From Clostridia bacterium (lineage in GTDB: Bacteria; Bacillota; Clostridia; UMGS1883), in the NCBI GenBank assembly GCA_045656645.1, contig JAZORN010000001.1, positions 11,208 through 75,207 on the forward strand: a stretch of DNA of 64,000 bases. Direction: 5' to 3'. This document shows, piece by piece, positions 9,298 through 17,440 of this stretch. How positions within the stretch are numbered: the stretch's first letter is position 1; each line of letters starts with the position of its first letter. The position numbers and the translations under genes were made by a program. The notes below the pieces were generated by a model, which was given only the letters and a program-made list of their open reading frames with translations, was not told the origin of the DNA and searched no databases.

Positions 9298-10353
9298 TTA
9301 TATTATTTTTTCCAGTACTTCACAAATAGCCTCTGCCATAGAGTGAAAACCCAAGTCATTAGGGTGAAGATTCTCAACAGTTCCATCGTTACCGGTTCTT
9401 TCCATAAGCTTTTGACCGGGAATAAAATATACGTTGTTATCCCCCTTGTTTTTAGCGTTAAGATAGGTTGTTTTAATAACCTCCAGCCTTTCTTCATCCG
9501 TTGAAGTTAAATATATTTTAGGTCTTGACAAAATAATAATCGGAATATCCGGCTGCGCACTCCTGATGATGTTAAACATATTTTCGTGCGTATCTTTTAA
9601 AAATTCCGGACTTGGTGCGTTATGGTCATAGTCATACACAAAAACAGACATCTTCAAGCTTTTTATATATTCTGCAATCTCATTTTCTGCTATCGCACTG
9701 CCGCTAAACCCTAAGTTTATATAATCACAATCAAATTTTCTTGAAATAATACTTTCATAAGAGTTACCCGGTCTTGATGCACATGACCCCTGTGTTATGG
9801 AGGAGCCATAATATACGATTAAATTTTTATTTCTATATGGTTCAGGCGGCTCTATAACAGCATCTTTTGAAACACCTATATAAAGCTCGCACACATCTCT
9901 GTACAATGGGAAATTTATTGTTACTTCACGATTTTCTGCCGTCTCAAAATCAAGAACGCTTTCATAGCCGTCTTCTACATTGGCAGGCAAGGAAAAGGAA
10001 CGGTAATATATATTTTTCCCGTTATTTTTTACATACATATCAAAAGCTTGTTTACCTGCTGTCGAAAAGAAAGGATAACTGCTGGTGATACCCTCCATTT
10101 TTACATTTATTGCAACATAGGGGCTATTTGTTTTAAAACGTATTCTTCCACCTGCCGTATTCGTATGGAGCCTATATACCCCTTCGTTGACAGTTTTTGC
10201 TACTTCCTCAGGCATTCTGCGAAACTTACCGTTTTCAAAGAATATACCGTTAATTTCAAACGGTTTATCCAGCGAATTGTAAAAGACAATATCACTTTTA
10301 TCAATTTTAGTTTCCACTTTGAAATTTTTATCTATAGATGAAATATCGCTCAT
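9298..10353 (-). CDS. SGNH/GDSL-type esterase with N-terminal GxDLY beta-sandwich domain (paralog C)
   Basis: 351 aa, more diverged (roughly 70-75% identity by eye to A and B). Motifs: KQAFDMY, VYYGSSITQG, GFSGSA, HPND. Confidence 0.75.
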   Translation of the reverse strand: MSDISSIDKNFKVETKIDKSDIVFYNSLDKPFEINGIFFENGKFRRMPEEVAKTVNEGVYRLHTNTAGGRIRFKTNSPYVAINVKMEGITSSYPFFSTAGKQAFDMYVKNNGKNIYYRSFSLPANVEDGYESVLDFETAENREVTINFPLYRDVCELYIGVSKDAVIEPPEPYRNKNLIVYYGSSITQGSCASRPGNSYESIISRKFDCDYINLGFSGSAIAENEIAEYIKSLKMSVFVYDYDHNAPSPEFLKDTHENMFNIIRSAQPDIPIIILSRPKIYLTSTDEERLEVIKTTYLNAKNKGDNNVYFIPGQKLMERTGNDGTVENLHPNDLGFHSMAEAICEVLEKII

Positions 10354-10377
10354 AATAATTTACTCCTCTCCGTGTTT

Positions 10378-11157
10378 TTAAGATATACGTTGCCCAGCAA
10401 TTAAATCCACATTCCGAATACAGGTAAGATTTTCTGTGATGCTGATATATTTGCACAGTTCATAGAATCTTTCTGCATCCCAGTACCATCTGTCATTTCC
10501 GTAAGTTTCGTCATCCTTTTTCAATACACTGTGCATAAGAAGAATAACAGATGTATTGTCAGGCATTTTTTTGAAGAGGTACTTTAATTGTTTTACAGTA
10601 GTGTTCTTCGTTATAACAACTGAGGAAAATAAAGGATACTCTACTTTCCTGATATAGTTTCTTTTATTTAAAAGATAAAATAATACACTAGAATGAGTTT
10701 TTTCCTGAAGGCGGTTTAAAAACGTTTTAAATGGTCCTTCCCTTTCCGGGATGAGGGCACTTCTTATGTAAGAAATGGTTCCATCCTTTAGTAAGCTGTC
10801 AAGACTGTGTACATTTTTTGGGGTAACATCGGAGCCTGGACTTGCAAAACCAATATTTTCAACACTGATTCCCATTTTTTGAAAATCTTCTATATTCTCC
10901 AGAATATCTTGCACTGTGTTTTTATGACTTCTTCCGTGGCACGCAATTTCAATACCACTTTCTTCTATTTCCCGTAATTCTTCCACCTTCATAAAATCAT
11001 ATGATGTAGTATTTGGATAGAAATACTTTTTCGGATTTTCAATAGATTCTGTGACCACATTTATTGTTCCCGTAAGGTTAAACTTTTTCATTATAGGGAA
11101 AGCCACCCTGTAAAAATCCTCACGTCCATCGTCAAGCGACAATATAATATTTTTCAT
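10378..11157 (-). CDS. Polysaccharide deacetylase (NodB homology/CE4-like)
   Basis: 259 aa with NodB-type motifs ILSLDDGRED and CHGRSH. AGGAGG RBS 8 nt upstream. Confidence 0.7.
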   Translation of the reverse strand: MKNIILSLDDGREDFYRVAFPIMKKFNLTGTINVVTESIENPKKYFYPNTTSYDFMKVEELREIEESGIEIACHGRSHKNTVQDILENIEDFQKMGISVENIGFASPGSDVTPKNVHSLDSLLKDGTISYIRSALIPEREGPFKTFLNRLQEKTHSSVLFYLLNKRNYIRKVEYPLFSSVVITKNTTVKQLKYLFKKMPDNTSVILLMHSVLKKDDETYGNDRWYWDAERFYELCKYISITENLTCIRNVDLIAGQRIS

Positions 11158-11175
11158 TGCCCATTCCTCCTATAA

Positions 11176-11886
11176 TTATGCAATAAACGCTTGTCCGGTT
11201 TTGCAAAGCATTTTTATATAATTCAAAATTTTATCGTCGTTCAGCCTGCTTTCGTGCGTGAAAAACGGATGAATACCGACAGTATCAATACTATTAACTG
11301 TTTCCGGGAAATCGGTACTGCATTCCAACCTTTTTTCGCAGTGCTTTATAGTTATTCCTATGCTTTCATCGTAAAACATACCTTTTTGAAGAAATGACGA
11401 ATTTTCGTCCTCATTAAGGTAATATACTATTCTTTCATCATCAACACCATAAAGAACATCAAAAGCATCAAAACATTCTTTCATCACCCTTATGCAGTTT
11501 TTATTTCCCTGTCCGAAGCCTAACCTTACATCGTAGGTCATTGCAGACTCAGATACTATATTTCTTAATGTGTCCACTGTTTTAATGAGTTCTTTTCTGA
11601 AAATTTGTGCGTCTGTGTCTTTATAATTTGATTTTGTGTTCAAACCGTGAAAACCAAATTTGAGCCAGTGTGCGTTTTCCTCAAATTCTCTTTTATATTT
11701 ATCGGAAACCATTGAAAGATTAAAATCATCCTTTTCATAAAAGCAGTACATTGATACAGCAAAATTATATTTCTCATTCAGCTTTTTAAAATTTTGGAGT
11801 ATAGGATTTTCAAAAATTGATTTACAGTTATTTTGTGTTATATAATTAAAAACCGCTATACTGTCATCTACAGAAAAATGAATCAT
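11176..11886 (-). CDS. Hypothetical protein, possibly a divergent NodB-like deacetylase
   Basis: 236 aa with no signal peptide. Only weak cues: HFSVDDS near the N-terminus and FGFHGLN later resemble NodB motifs 1 and 2. The gene sits between two CE4-like genes. Confidence 0.25.
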   Translation of the reverse strand: MIHFSVDDSIAVFNYITQNNCKSIFENPILQNFKKLNEKYNFAVSMYCFYEKDDFNLSMVSDKYKREFEENAHWLKFGFHGLNTKSNYKDTDAQIFRKELIKTVDTLRNIVSESAMTYDVRLGFGQGNKNCIRVMKECFDAFDVLYGVDDERIVYYLNEDENSSFLQKGMFYDESIGITIKHCEKRLECSTDFPETVNSIDTVGIHPFFTHESRLNDDKILNYIKMLCKTGQAFIA

Positions 11887-11907
11887 AAAACTTACCTCTT
11901 TCTGAAT

Positions 11908-12747
11908 TTATACTATTCTTACTGTTTTTCCTGCACCGGCAATTACCTCTTCCCCGCGGCAATTAAGGTATACATCAATACTGCTGGGATTGCTTACAAG
12001 CTCTCCGTCAACACTGAATTTCAACGAATCAAAGGCTTTTACATACCTGTATATTTCCATATTGGTTGCATACCATACATCGTCTCTGTTTCCTACATAT
12101 TGAGCAAACTCTTCAATGATATGCCAATTATCATCATTGTTAAATTCATGGCTATGCCCCCACAAATAGAAAAGTTTAGGCTGGACATCCCAATATCTCC
12201 TCTTATTTATAGGGTGATTTTCTCCGATGAATTTTTTCGCAAGCTCCATTAGCCTTGGATTTTTGTGATGACACGTCGCAGGCATACGCATCCAATCTGT
12301 CGGAATATCAAATTTTTCCGTTGAAATTGTTGTCCTTGCATATTCAACACCACAGTTTTTTAATATTTCTACCACGGTGTCATCATAATCACCGAAGGCA
12401 TATGCCATACCTGAAATAATATCACCGAATAATTCTTCCAAAGCAAGTCTGTCCTGCAAAATTTCATTAACAGCTACAGCACTGTCAGATGCTGTTAAGG
12501 GAATATGCTTTTCACCGTGCAGTGCAACCTCGTTTTGAGAACTTGTATAAAGTTCATACGCTTGCCGGCGTGTCAGTTTCACCTCTCCATCATCTGACAA
12601 CAGTGCTGAATTTATATTAAAAGTTCCCTTTAATCCGTTTTTGGTCATAATTTCGATAAGGCGTTTGTCATAAACAGTAGCATCATCGTAACTTAATGTA
12701 AGCGCTTTTTGTCTGAAATTTGGAAATCTCATATATGTATATCTCAT
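11908..12747 (-). CDS. Polysaccharide deacetylase (NodB homology/CE4-like)
   Basis: 279 aa with motifs LTLSYDDATVYD and ALHGEKH. GGGAAGGA RBS upstream. Confidence 0.7.
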   Translation of the reverse strand: MRYTYMRFPNFRQKALTLSYDDATVYDKRLIEIMTKNGLKGTFNINSALLSDDGEVKLTRRQAYELYTSSQNEVALHGEKHIPLTASDSAVAVNEILQDRLALEELFGDIISGMAYAFGDYDDTVVEILKNCGVEYARTTISTEKFDIPTDWMRMPATCHHKNPRLMELAKKFIGENHPINKRRYWDVQPKLFYLWGHSHEFNNDDNWHIIEEFAQYVGNRDDVWYATNMEIYRYVKAFDSLKFSVDGELVSNPSSIDVYLNCRGEEVIAGAGKTVRIV

Positions 12748-12780
12748 AATTATTATCCTTCCCTGTATTCTTTCACATAC

Positions 12781-12814
12781 TCAAAATGGGCTATAGTATT
12801 TCTCTATAGCCCAT
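12781..12814 (-). terminator. Intrinsic terminator-like hairpin after the GH109-like gene
   Basis: Stem atgggctatag (12786-12796), loop tatttct, stem ctatagcccat (12804-12814). On the minus strand it is followed by TTTTGA. It lies 7 nt after the stop at 12822. Confidence 0.55.
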
Positions 12815-12821
12815 AATAGAT

Positions 12822-14018
12822 TTAGGCAAGTACCCACTTTCCGTTTGTAAAATCGGGGAATTCAACTGCTGCTCCAAGCTTTATTGATTGCTCTGACAGC
12901 GGTGTTACAGCCATCCATGTTGCCATATCGTATACATCTATAGGCATAGGCTTGTTTTCCTTAAGTGCATCAAAAAATGCGTTTAATACAAGCCAGTCCA
13001 TACCGCCGTGACCCTCACGTATTCCGTCACTTTCGTATTTTTGCCATATAGGATGATCATATTCCTTTATATATTCCTCCGCATTATTATGCTGATCATA
13101 TATAAATGCACCGTGCTTTGCATCCGGGCCATCAATAAATATTGATTTGGTGTCATCATCATAACAAGCCTTGGTTCCAAACACCTTTAAATCTCTCGAA
13201 TAAAAGCTTGGTGTAGTAGTATTAAGGGTAAGTGTTACTGTTTCCCCGCCGGAACATTTAATCACTGTTGTTACAACATCCCCCTGATTAAACACTGTGT
13301 TTACAAGCTCCTTGTTATCAGCGTGATTTTCCTGAATATATTCGTGAAGTCCTGCACTTTTTGAGGAAATCGATACAAGCGAATCAAATCTGTTGCCGCG
13401 GTTTATACCAAGCATCTGTGCAATGGGACCAAGCTCGTGTGTTGGATAATTTTCGCAACAACGGTTTTTATAATTACGAAATCTGTAATGACGACCCTTT
13501 TCAAGACCACCAATAAGAATTTCGCTCCTGAGGTCATGTTGATACGCACCATTGCAGTGAACAATTGTTCCGAAAAGACCCTTTTCAATCATATTTATGA
13601 GCATAAGCTCCGTTCTACCGTAGCAGCAGTTTTCAAGCATCATAATAGGTGTTTTTGTTTCCTCGTAGGCTTTAACAACATCCCAGCATTGCTCTATAGA
13701 ATATGCACCTGCAACCTCTACGGCAATCGGTTTTCCATTCTTCATTGACTCAATGCATATCGGAATATGGTCTTCCCATGCAGCCAAAACAACAATAACA
13801 TCTACAATATCAGATGCTATTATATCTTTATAATTATCTGTGCAAAGTGTTGGTACATACCCTACTTTTTCTTTAATAACTTCGCATATTCTTTCAATTC
13901 TATCCTGATAAAGGTCGCAAACTGCCGTTACCTTCACGCCTTCAATATCTACAATCTGCTTGGTCATATTAAGACCTCTTTGTCCCAATCCGATTATTCC
14001 AACTCTGTACTCTTTCAT
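12822..14018 (-). CDS. GH109-like NAD-dependent glycosidase (Gfo/Idh/MocA fold)
   Basis: ORF track gives 12822..14087. I trimmed it to ATG at 14018 (MKEYRVGIIGLGQRG...), which has AAAGGAG 8 nt upstream. The block EVAGAYSIEQCWDVVKAYEETKTPIMMLENCCYGRTELMLINMIEKGLFGTIVHCNGAYQHDLR matches my recollection of GH109 alpha-N-acetylgalactosaminidases. No signal peptide. Confidence 0.55.
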   Translation of the reverse strand: MKEYRVGIIGLGQRGLNMTKQIVDIEGVKVTAVCDLYQDRIERICEVIKEKVGYVPTLCTDNYKDIIASDIVDVIVVLAAWEDHIPICIESMKNGKPIAVEVAGAYSIEQCWDVVKAYEETKTPIMMLENCCYGRTELMLINMIEKGLFGTIVHCNGAYQHDLRSEILIGGLEKGRHYRFRNYKNRCCENYPTHELGPIAQMLGINRGNRFDSLVSISSKSAGLHEYIQENHADNKELVNTVFNQGDVVTTVIKCSGGETVTLTLNTTTPSFYSRDLKVFGTKACYDDDTKSIFIDGPDAKHGAFIYDQHNNAEEYIKEYDHPIWQKYESDGIREGHGGMDWLVLNAFFDALKENKPMPIDVYDMATWMAVTPLSEQSIKLGAAVEFPDFTNGKWVLA

Positions 14019-14051
14019 TGCAAACGCTCCTTTATGTAGTCTTACTTTAAT

Positions 14052-14124
14052 ATTATAACACCCCGACACCATATGATAAAGCGACAATTTCTTGGATATA
14101 ATGCCAGTTTCTCACTTTATGACG
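14052..14124 (-). promoter_or_regulatory. Promoter/operator module, copy 1 (TATAAT -10 plus two upstream direct-repeat half-sites)
   Basis: On the minus strand: AAAGTGAGAAACTGGCAT (14101-14118), CCAAGAAATTGTCGC (14081-14095), and TATAAT (14052-14057). It is gap-free colinear with 53582-53650, with about 48/69 identities by hand count and 17/18 in the distal block. Confidence 0.5.
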
Positions 14125-14140
14125 ATGCTTAACAAAAACT

Positions 14141-14185
14141 ACAACGAAAAAAGACGCAACTTCCCTGTTGCGCTTTTTTCGTTGT
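14141..14185 (-). terminator. Intrinsic terminator after the GH105 operon
   Basis: acaacgaaaaaagacgcaac / loop ttccct / gttgcgcttttttcgttgt, a roughly 19-bp stem with one bulge. It starts 2 nt after the stop at 14188 and is followed by a T-rich tract on the minus strand (AGTTTTTGTT). Confidence 0.7.
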
Positions 14186-14187
14186 AA

Positions 14188-14868
14188 TCAAATATCAATT
14201 TTTATACTCTCGCAAATATCATCTAAATTCTCAACAAAAAGGCTTTCAGGTGATATTGTTATACGGTAGCCGCCGACCTTACTGGGTGGACTTGCAATAA
14301 TAAAATCATTCTCTGCAAAAAAGTGCCATCTTCCAACCTCTTTTTGTGTATCGTAGCAAATGCCGTAGAGCACATTATGCTCCTTTGCAAAAGTATACAG
14401 TCCGGAATAATAGGTTAATCCCATACCTGAGTTTTCACAAAATTTGTCAGGGAACATCAGACCTGCCGTTTTTAAAATATCGTTGCCGTCTGCCTGATAC
14501 AAGAGCCTGAAAAATTTTTCACCATTTACGCCTTGTCTGATCACGAGTTTGTTTTTATCGGCAACATTGCATCTTAAATCCTTTGCGCTCCTTATATGAA
14601 ATTTTGTTTTTATATTAACAGATATTTGCGATAAAATTTTATCAAATATAAATACAGTGTTACATCCTGCTGTAATTTCAAACCGCTTTGCTTGTATTAA
14701 AGAATTGCTTCTTAAAAAGGTTTTTATATTCACCTTAATACTACCGTTCTCCTTGCTCTGTTCTGAAAGCTTTTCAAGTGCCTCAGTCGCAATTTCCCCT
14801 TCCGCTTCAGGAATGAAGCTCCATGGAATTTTGTCTGATAAAATCAATTTTGAGCTTTCTTTATTCAT
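14188..14868 (-). CDS. Hypothetical protein (226 aa), no recognisable domain
   Basis: Clean ORF. Its ATG overlaps the stop of the upstream GH105-like gene (ATGA at 14865-14868), which suggests translational coupling. No motif recognised. Confidence 0.5.
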   Translation of the reverse strand: MNKESSKLILSDKIPWSFIPEAEGEIATEALEKLSEQSKENGSIKVNIKTFLRSNSLIQAKRFEITAGCNTVFIFDKILSQISVNIKTKFHIRSAKDLRCNVADKNKLVIRQGVNGEKFFRLLYQADGNDILKTAGLMFPDKFCENSGMGLTYYSGLYTFAKEHNVLYGICYDTQKEVGRWHFFAENDFIIASPPSKVGGYRITISPESLFVENLDDICESIKIDI

Positions 14869-15956
14869 CTTACTGCCCGTTCCCTTTCAAAATAGAGCCA
14901 TTGTGTTTTCTGAGCTTCTGTTATACCGTTTTTGTGTGCCTCAACAAGTGCAAGCATCAGTGCGCCAAAGGAATGCGGTTCATCGCGGTATGGATATACC
15001 TCAGTTAAATATGATTTTATCGTGCCTTTTTCATCGCCTTCTCCCGGGCATAAGCAGCCGTAACATCCCATATTTGTAGAAAAATCCTCATTAATAAAAT
15101 AGTTGATAATTCCGTTAATTGCCCTTTCAAAAGGCTCTTTATACGTTTCTTCATCCAAAAGTCCCGTCCTAAGTCCCACGCCTAAGCCGTATGCTATGAT
15201 GCCCGTTCCGGAGGATTCCTCCCATGAATAATCCCGCGTGAGTTCCTGTCGCCATAATCCTTTTTCGGTCTGGTATTTTATAAAGGCTTTTGATAAATCC
15301 GTATAATACTTTTCCGCCTTTTTTCTGTGCTTTGAATTTTCGGGCAAAGCAACTACCAGCTCAGTAAGGCCAAGATAACCCCAGCCATTTCCCCTGCCCC
15401 AGTGGTCGTGCGAAATGAGTTCAGGGTCAGACATAAAGCCCTTTGCCTGATGCAAAAGTCCGCAGGTTCTGTCCAAAAGTATTTCATACATTTTAAAGCA
15501 CTGCTCTGCCGCAAAATCTATGTACTTATCCTCCTTTAACGTTAAGCCTGCATACAGCATAAACGGTGTTACAGCTGTCACAACATCAATAAATACTTTT
15601 TCCCTGTGGGGACCTTTAGGATAACATAAAATACCGTTTGAATCAGCAGGTGCATTCATTGTTTTTTCGGCATATAGACGTATTTTTTCATGTTGTTCGT
15701 TAAAATAGCCCTTGTAGGCAAGAAATACCTTTCCGTTTCCGCCTACCTCATACGCATCAAAATTATACTTGGGATGATCAAAATTATCCGGGTATAAGCC
15801 AAGCAAATGAATACATTTATCAAGAAGCTCACTCTCCTTTGACTCAATTGCCGTATGCGCCAAACCGTAAAGTGCAAATAACCCGTAATACTTTTGAATT
15901 TGATACAGACTTTCATATCTTTCAAACAGTTTTTTTGCTGTTTCAAGTGTTTTCAT
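14865..15956 (-). CDS. Unsaturated uronyl hydrolase, GH105-like (GH88/GH105 superfamily)
   Basis: 363 aa with signature HDHWGRGNGWGYLGL, typical of YteR/GH105-type (alpha/alpha)6 enzymes. No signal peptide. Confidence 0.65.
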   Translation of the reverse strand: MKTLETAKKLFERYESLYQIQKYYGLFALYGLAHTAIESKESELLDKCIHLLGLYPDNFDHPKYNFDAYEVGGNGKVFLAYKGYFNEQHEKIRLYAEKTMNAPADSNGILCYPKGPHREKVFIDVVTAVTPFMLYAGLTLKEDKYIDFAAEQCFKMYEILLDRTCGLLHQAKGFMSDPELISHDHWGRGNGWGYLGLTELVVALPENSKHRKKAEKYYTDLSKAFIKYQTEKGLWRQELTRDYSWEESSGTGIIAYGLGVGLRTGLLDEETYKEPFERAINGIINYFINEDFSTNMGCYGCLCPGEGDEKGTIKSYLTEVYPYRDEPHSFGALMLALVEAHKNGITEAQKTQWLYFERERAVR

Positions 15957-15973
15957 AGTTAAAATTCCTTTCT

Positions 15974-16681
15974 TCAGTTAAACTTACGGAAGCTTTCAAA
16001 ATCAATTGAATGAATTTGTACATTTTCATTCATATTGAGAACAAACCAGATTACCTCTACAACATCCTCTGCAGTCATAAGTTTCGTTCTGTCAACACTG
16101 CGTGTTCCCCAGAATGGCGTATCTGCACCACCGGGGTTTACTGTTGTCACACGAATGTTCTTTTTTGCATATTGCAAAAGAAGACCTTCGGAAAGCTTAT
16201 TTACAGCCGCTTTAGCCATACAGTAAATCGGTGCATTGGCATTTGTATTGCGTGCAGCCATACTGCCGATGTTAATAATAAGCGCACTGTCTGCCGCATT
16301 CGGCATAAAATGCTTACTTGTAAGGAATGAACCCTTTATATTAACATCCATAACCGTTTCAAAAACACTTAAATCAGTTTCTGCATAGTTATTGGGAATT
16401 GAAAGACCTGCAAGGTTTATAAGGTTTGAAAACTTACCGAGCTTTTGAGCAGCATCATTTATGAATGATTCAACCTCTGCCTCGTTTGTAATGTCAAGAG
16501 TTTTACTTACAATTTTTACACTATACTTTGAAGAGAGCTCGTCTGTGAGCGCATCAAGCCTTTCTTTGTCGTTTGAGCATAAAGCAAGGTTTGCACCGCT
16601 CTGTGCAAGTTTCTCACACAAAAGCACACCCATACCGCCGCTTGCACCTGTTATTACTACATTTTTACCTGAAAAATTCAT
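15974..16681 (-). CDS. Short-chain dehydrogenase/reductase (SDR)
   Basis: 235 aa with cofactor motif VVITGASGGMG and catalytic YCMAKAA (YxxxK). AAGGAGG RBS. Confidence 0.8.
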   Translation of the reverse strand: MNFSGKNVVITGASGGMGVLLCEKLAQSGANLALCSNDKERLDALTDELSSKYSVKIVSKTLDITNEAEVESFINDAAQKLGKFSNLINLAGLSIPNNYAETDLSVFETVMDVNIKGSFLTSKHFMPNAADSALIINIGSMAARNTNANAPIYCMAKAAVNKLSEGLLLQYAKKNIRVTTVNPGGADTPFWGTRSVDRTKLMTAEDVVEVIWFVLNMNENVQIHSIDFESFRKFN

Positions 16682-16702
16682 TTTAATATCCTCCTTTTAT
16701 TA

Positions 16703-17428
16703 TTAAAAATATCCGCCGTTTTTAACTACCTCAGTAGGAGTTACGCCGCTACTTACCATATTTTTGATTTCCACTTCGTTATCGCGTATCTGTTCTGCAC
16801 GCACCAAAACATCATAGGCGATATCGCGCGGAACTATTATACATCCATCTATATCTCCATAGGCGATATCACCCGGATATATATGTACATCACCAATCAT
16901 AACAGGAAGCTGATAACCAATCATTCTGAAACGGCCAAGCATTCCGTTTGATGTTCTGAACTTACAAAAAACGGGGAAATCCTGTTCCAAAACCTTATTG
17001 GTATCTCTTACACCGCCATCAACAATCGCACCTCGGCAACCGCGTTTTTTGGATGCCATTGTCATAATCTCTCCCCACTGTGCAGATTCATCGTCACCGC
17101 TTGTATCCCAAATACAAATGCTGTCAGCAGGAATGCTTTCAAGCATCTGTGCACGTTGCTCCATTTCGTCTGTTAAATCAAGGTTTTTTGAGCCTTTTAC
17201 AGTAAACGCTATACCTGCAACCTTCATCTCATCCTTCAGTGGAAGAATGTTATTGGGTAAGGTCTGGTACAAATATCCCATCTCACGCAGTACGTCATTA
17301 ACCATTGCAGTAGATACATTTTCGTATCTGTCGCAAATTTCTCTGTCTGAAACCGGAAGAGCTACAGTTTTGTGATTCGTTCTGTTTTCAATAAGCTCTT
17401 GTAAATTCATTGAGTTTTTACTATCCAT
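16703..17428 (-). CDS. RraA-like / HMG-CHA-type class II aldolase family protein
   Basis: 241 aa with family signature GAIVDGGVRD and overall RraA-like length. AAAGGAG RBS. Confidence 0.6.
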   Translation of the reverse strand: MDSKNSMNLQELIENRTNHKTVALPVSDREICDRYENVSTAMVNDVLREMGYLYQTLPNNILPLKDEMKVAGIAFTVKGSKNLDLTDEMEQRAQMLESIPADSICIWDTSGDDESAQWGEIMTMASKKRGCRGAIVDGGVRDTNKVLEQDFPVFCKFRTSNGMLGRFRMIGYQLPVMIGDVHIYPGDIAYGDIDGCIIVPRDIAYDVLVRAEQIRDNEVEIKNMVSSGVTPTEVVKNGGYF

Positions 17429-17440
17429 TTTTATGCTCCT

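Larger units (their letters stand above)
7094..10353 (-). repeat. Tandem array of three paralogous esterase genes with a duplicated junction
   Basis: Three head-to-tail copies. Junction 8153-8210 and junction 9256-9312 are identical apart from two homopolymer-length differences (aatttcctccgttttttatacgcataggtgtaaaatatctctttatattatttttt). Confidence 0.85.

Noticed and set aside
12822-14087. N-terminal extensions in the ORF track. Other cases: 7094..8179, 18629..19273, 22017..24449, 31737..36263, 43289..44395, 46336..47835, 57906..58673 and 59993..62779
   Set aside because: In each case an internal ATG has a well-spaced GGAGG-type RBS. In several cases that ATG also matches a paralog start or the start of a signal peptide. 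The extensions translate RBS or intergenic sequence, or overlap the upstream gene.
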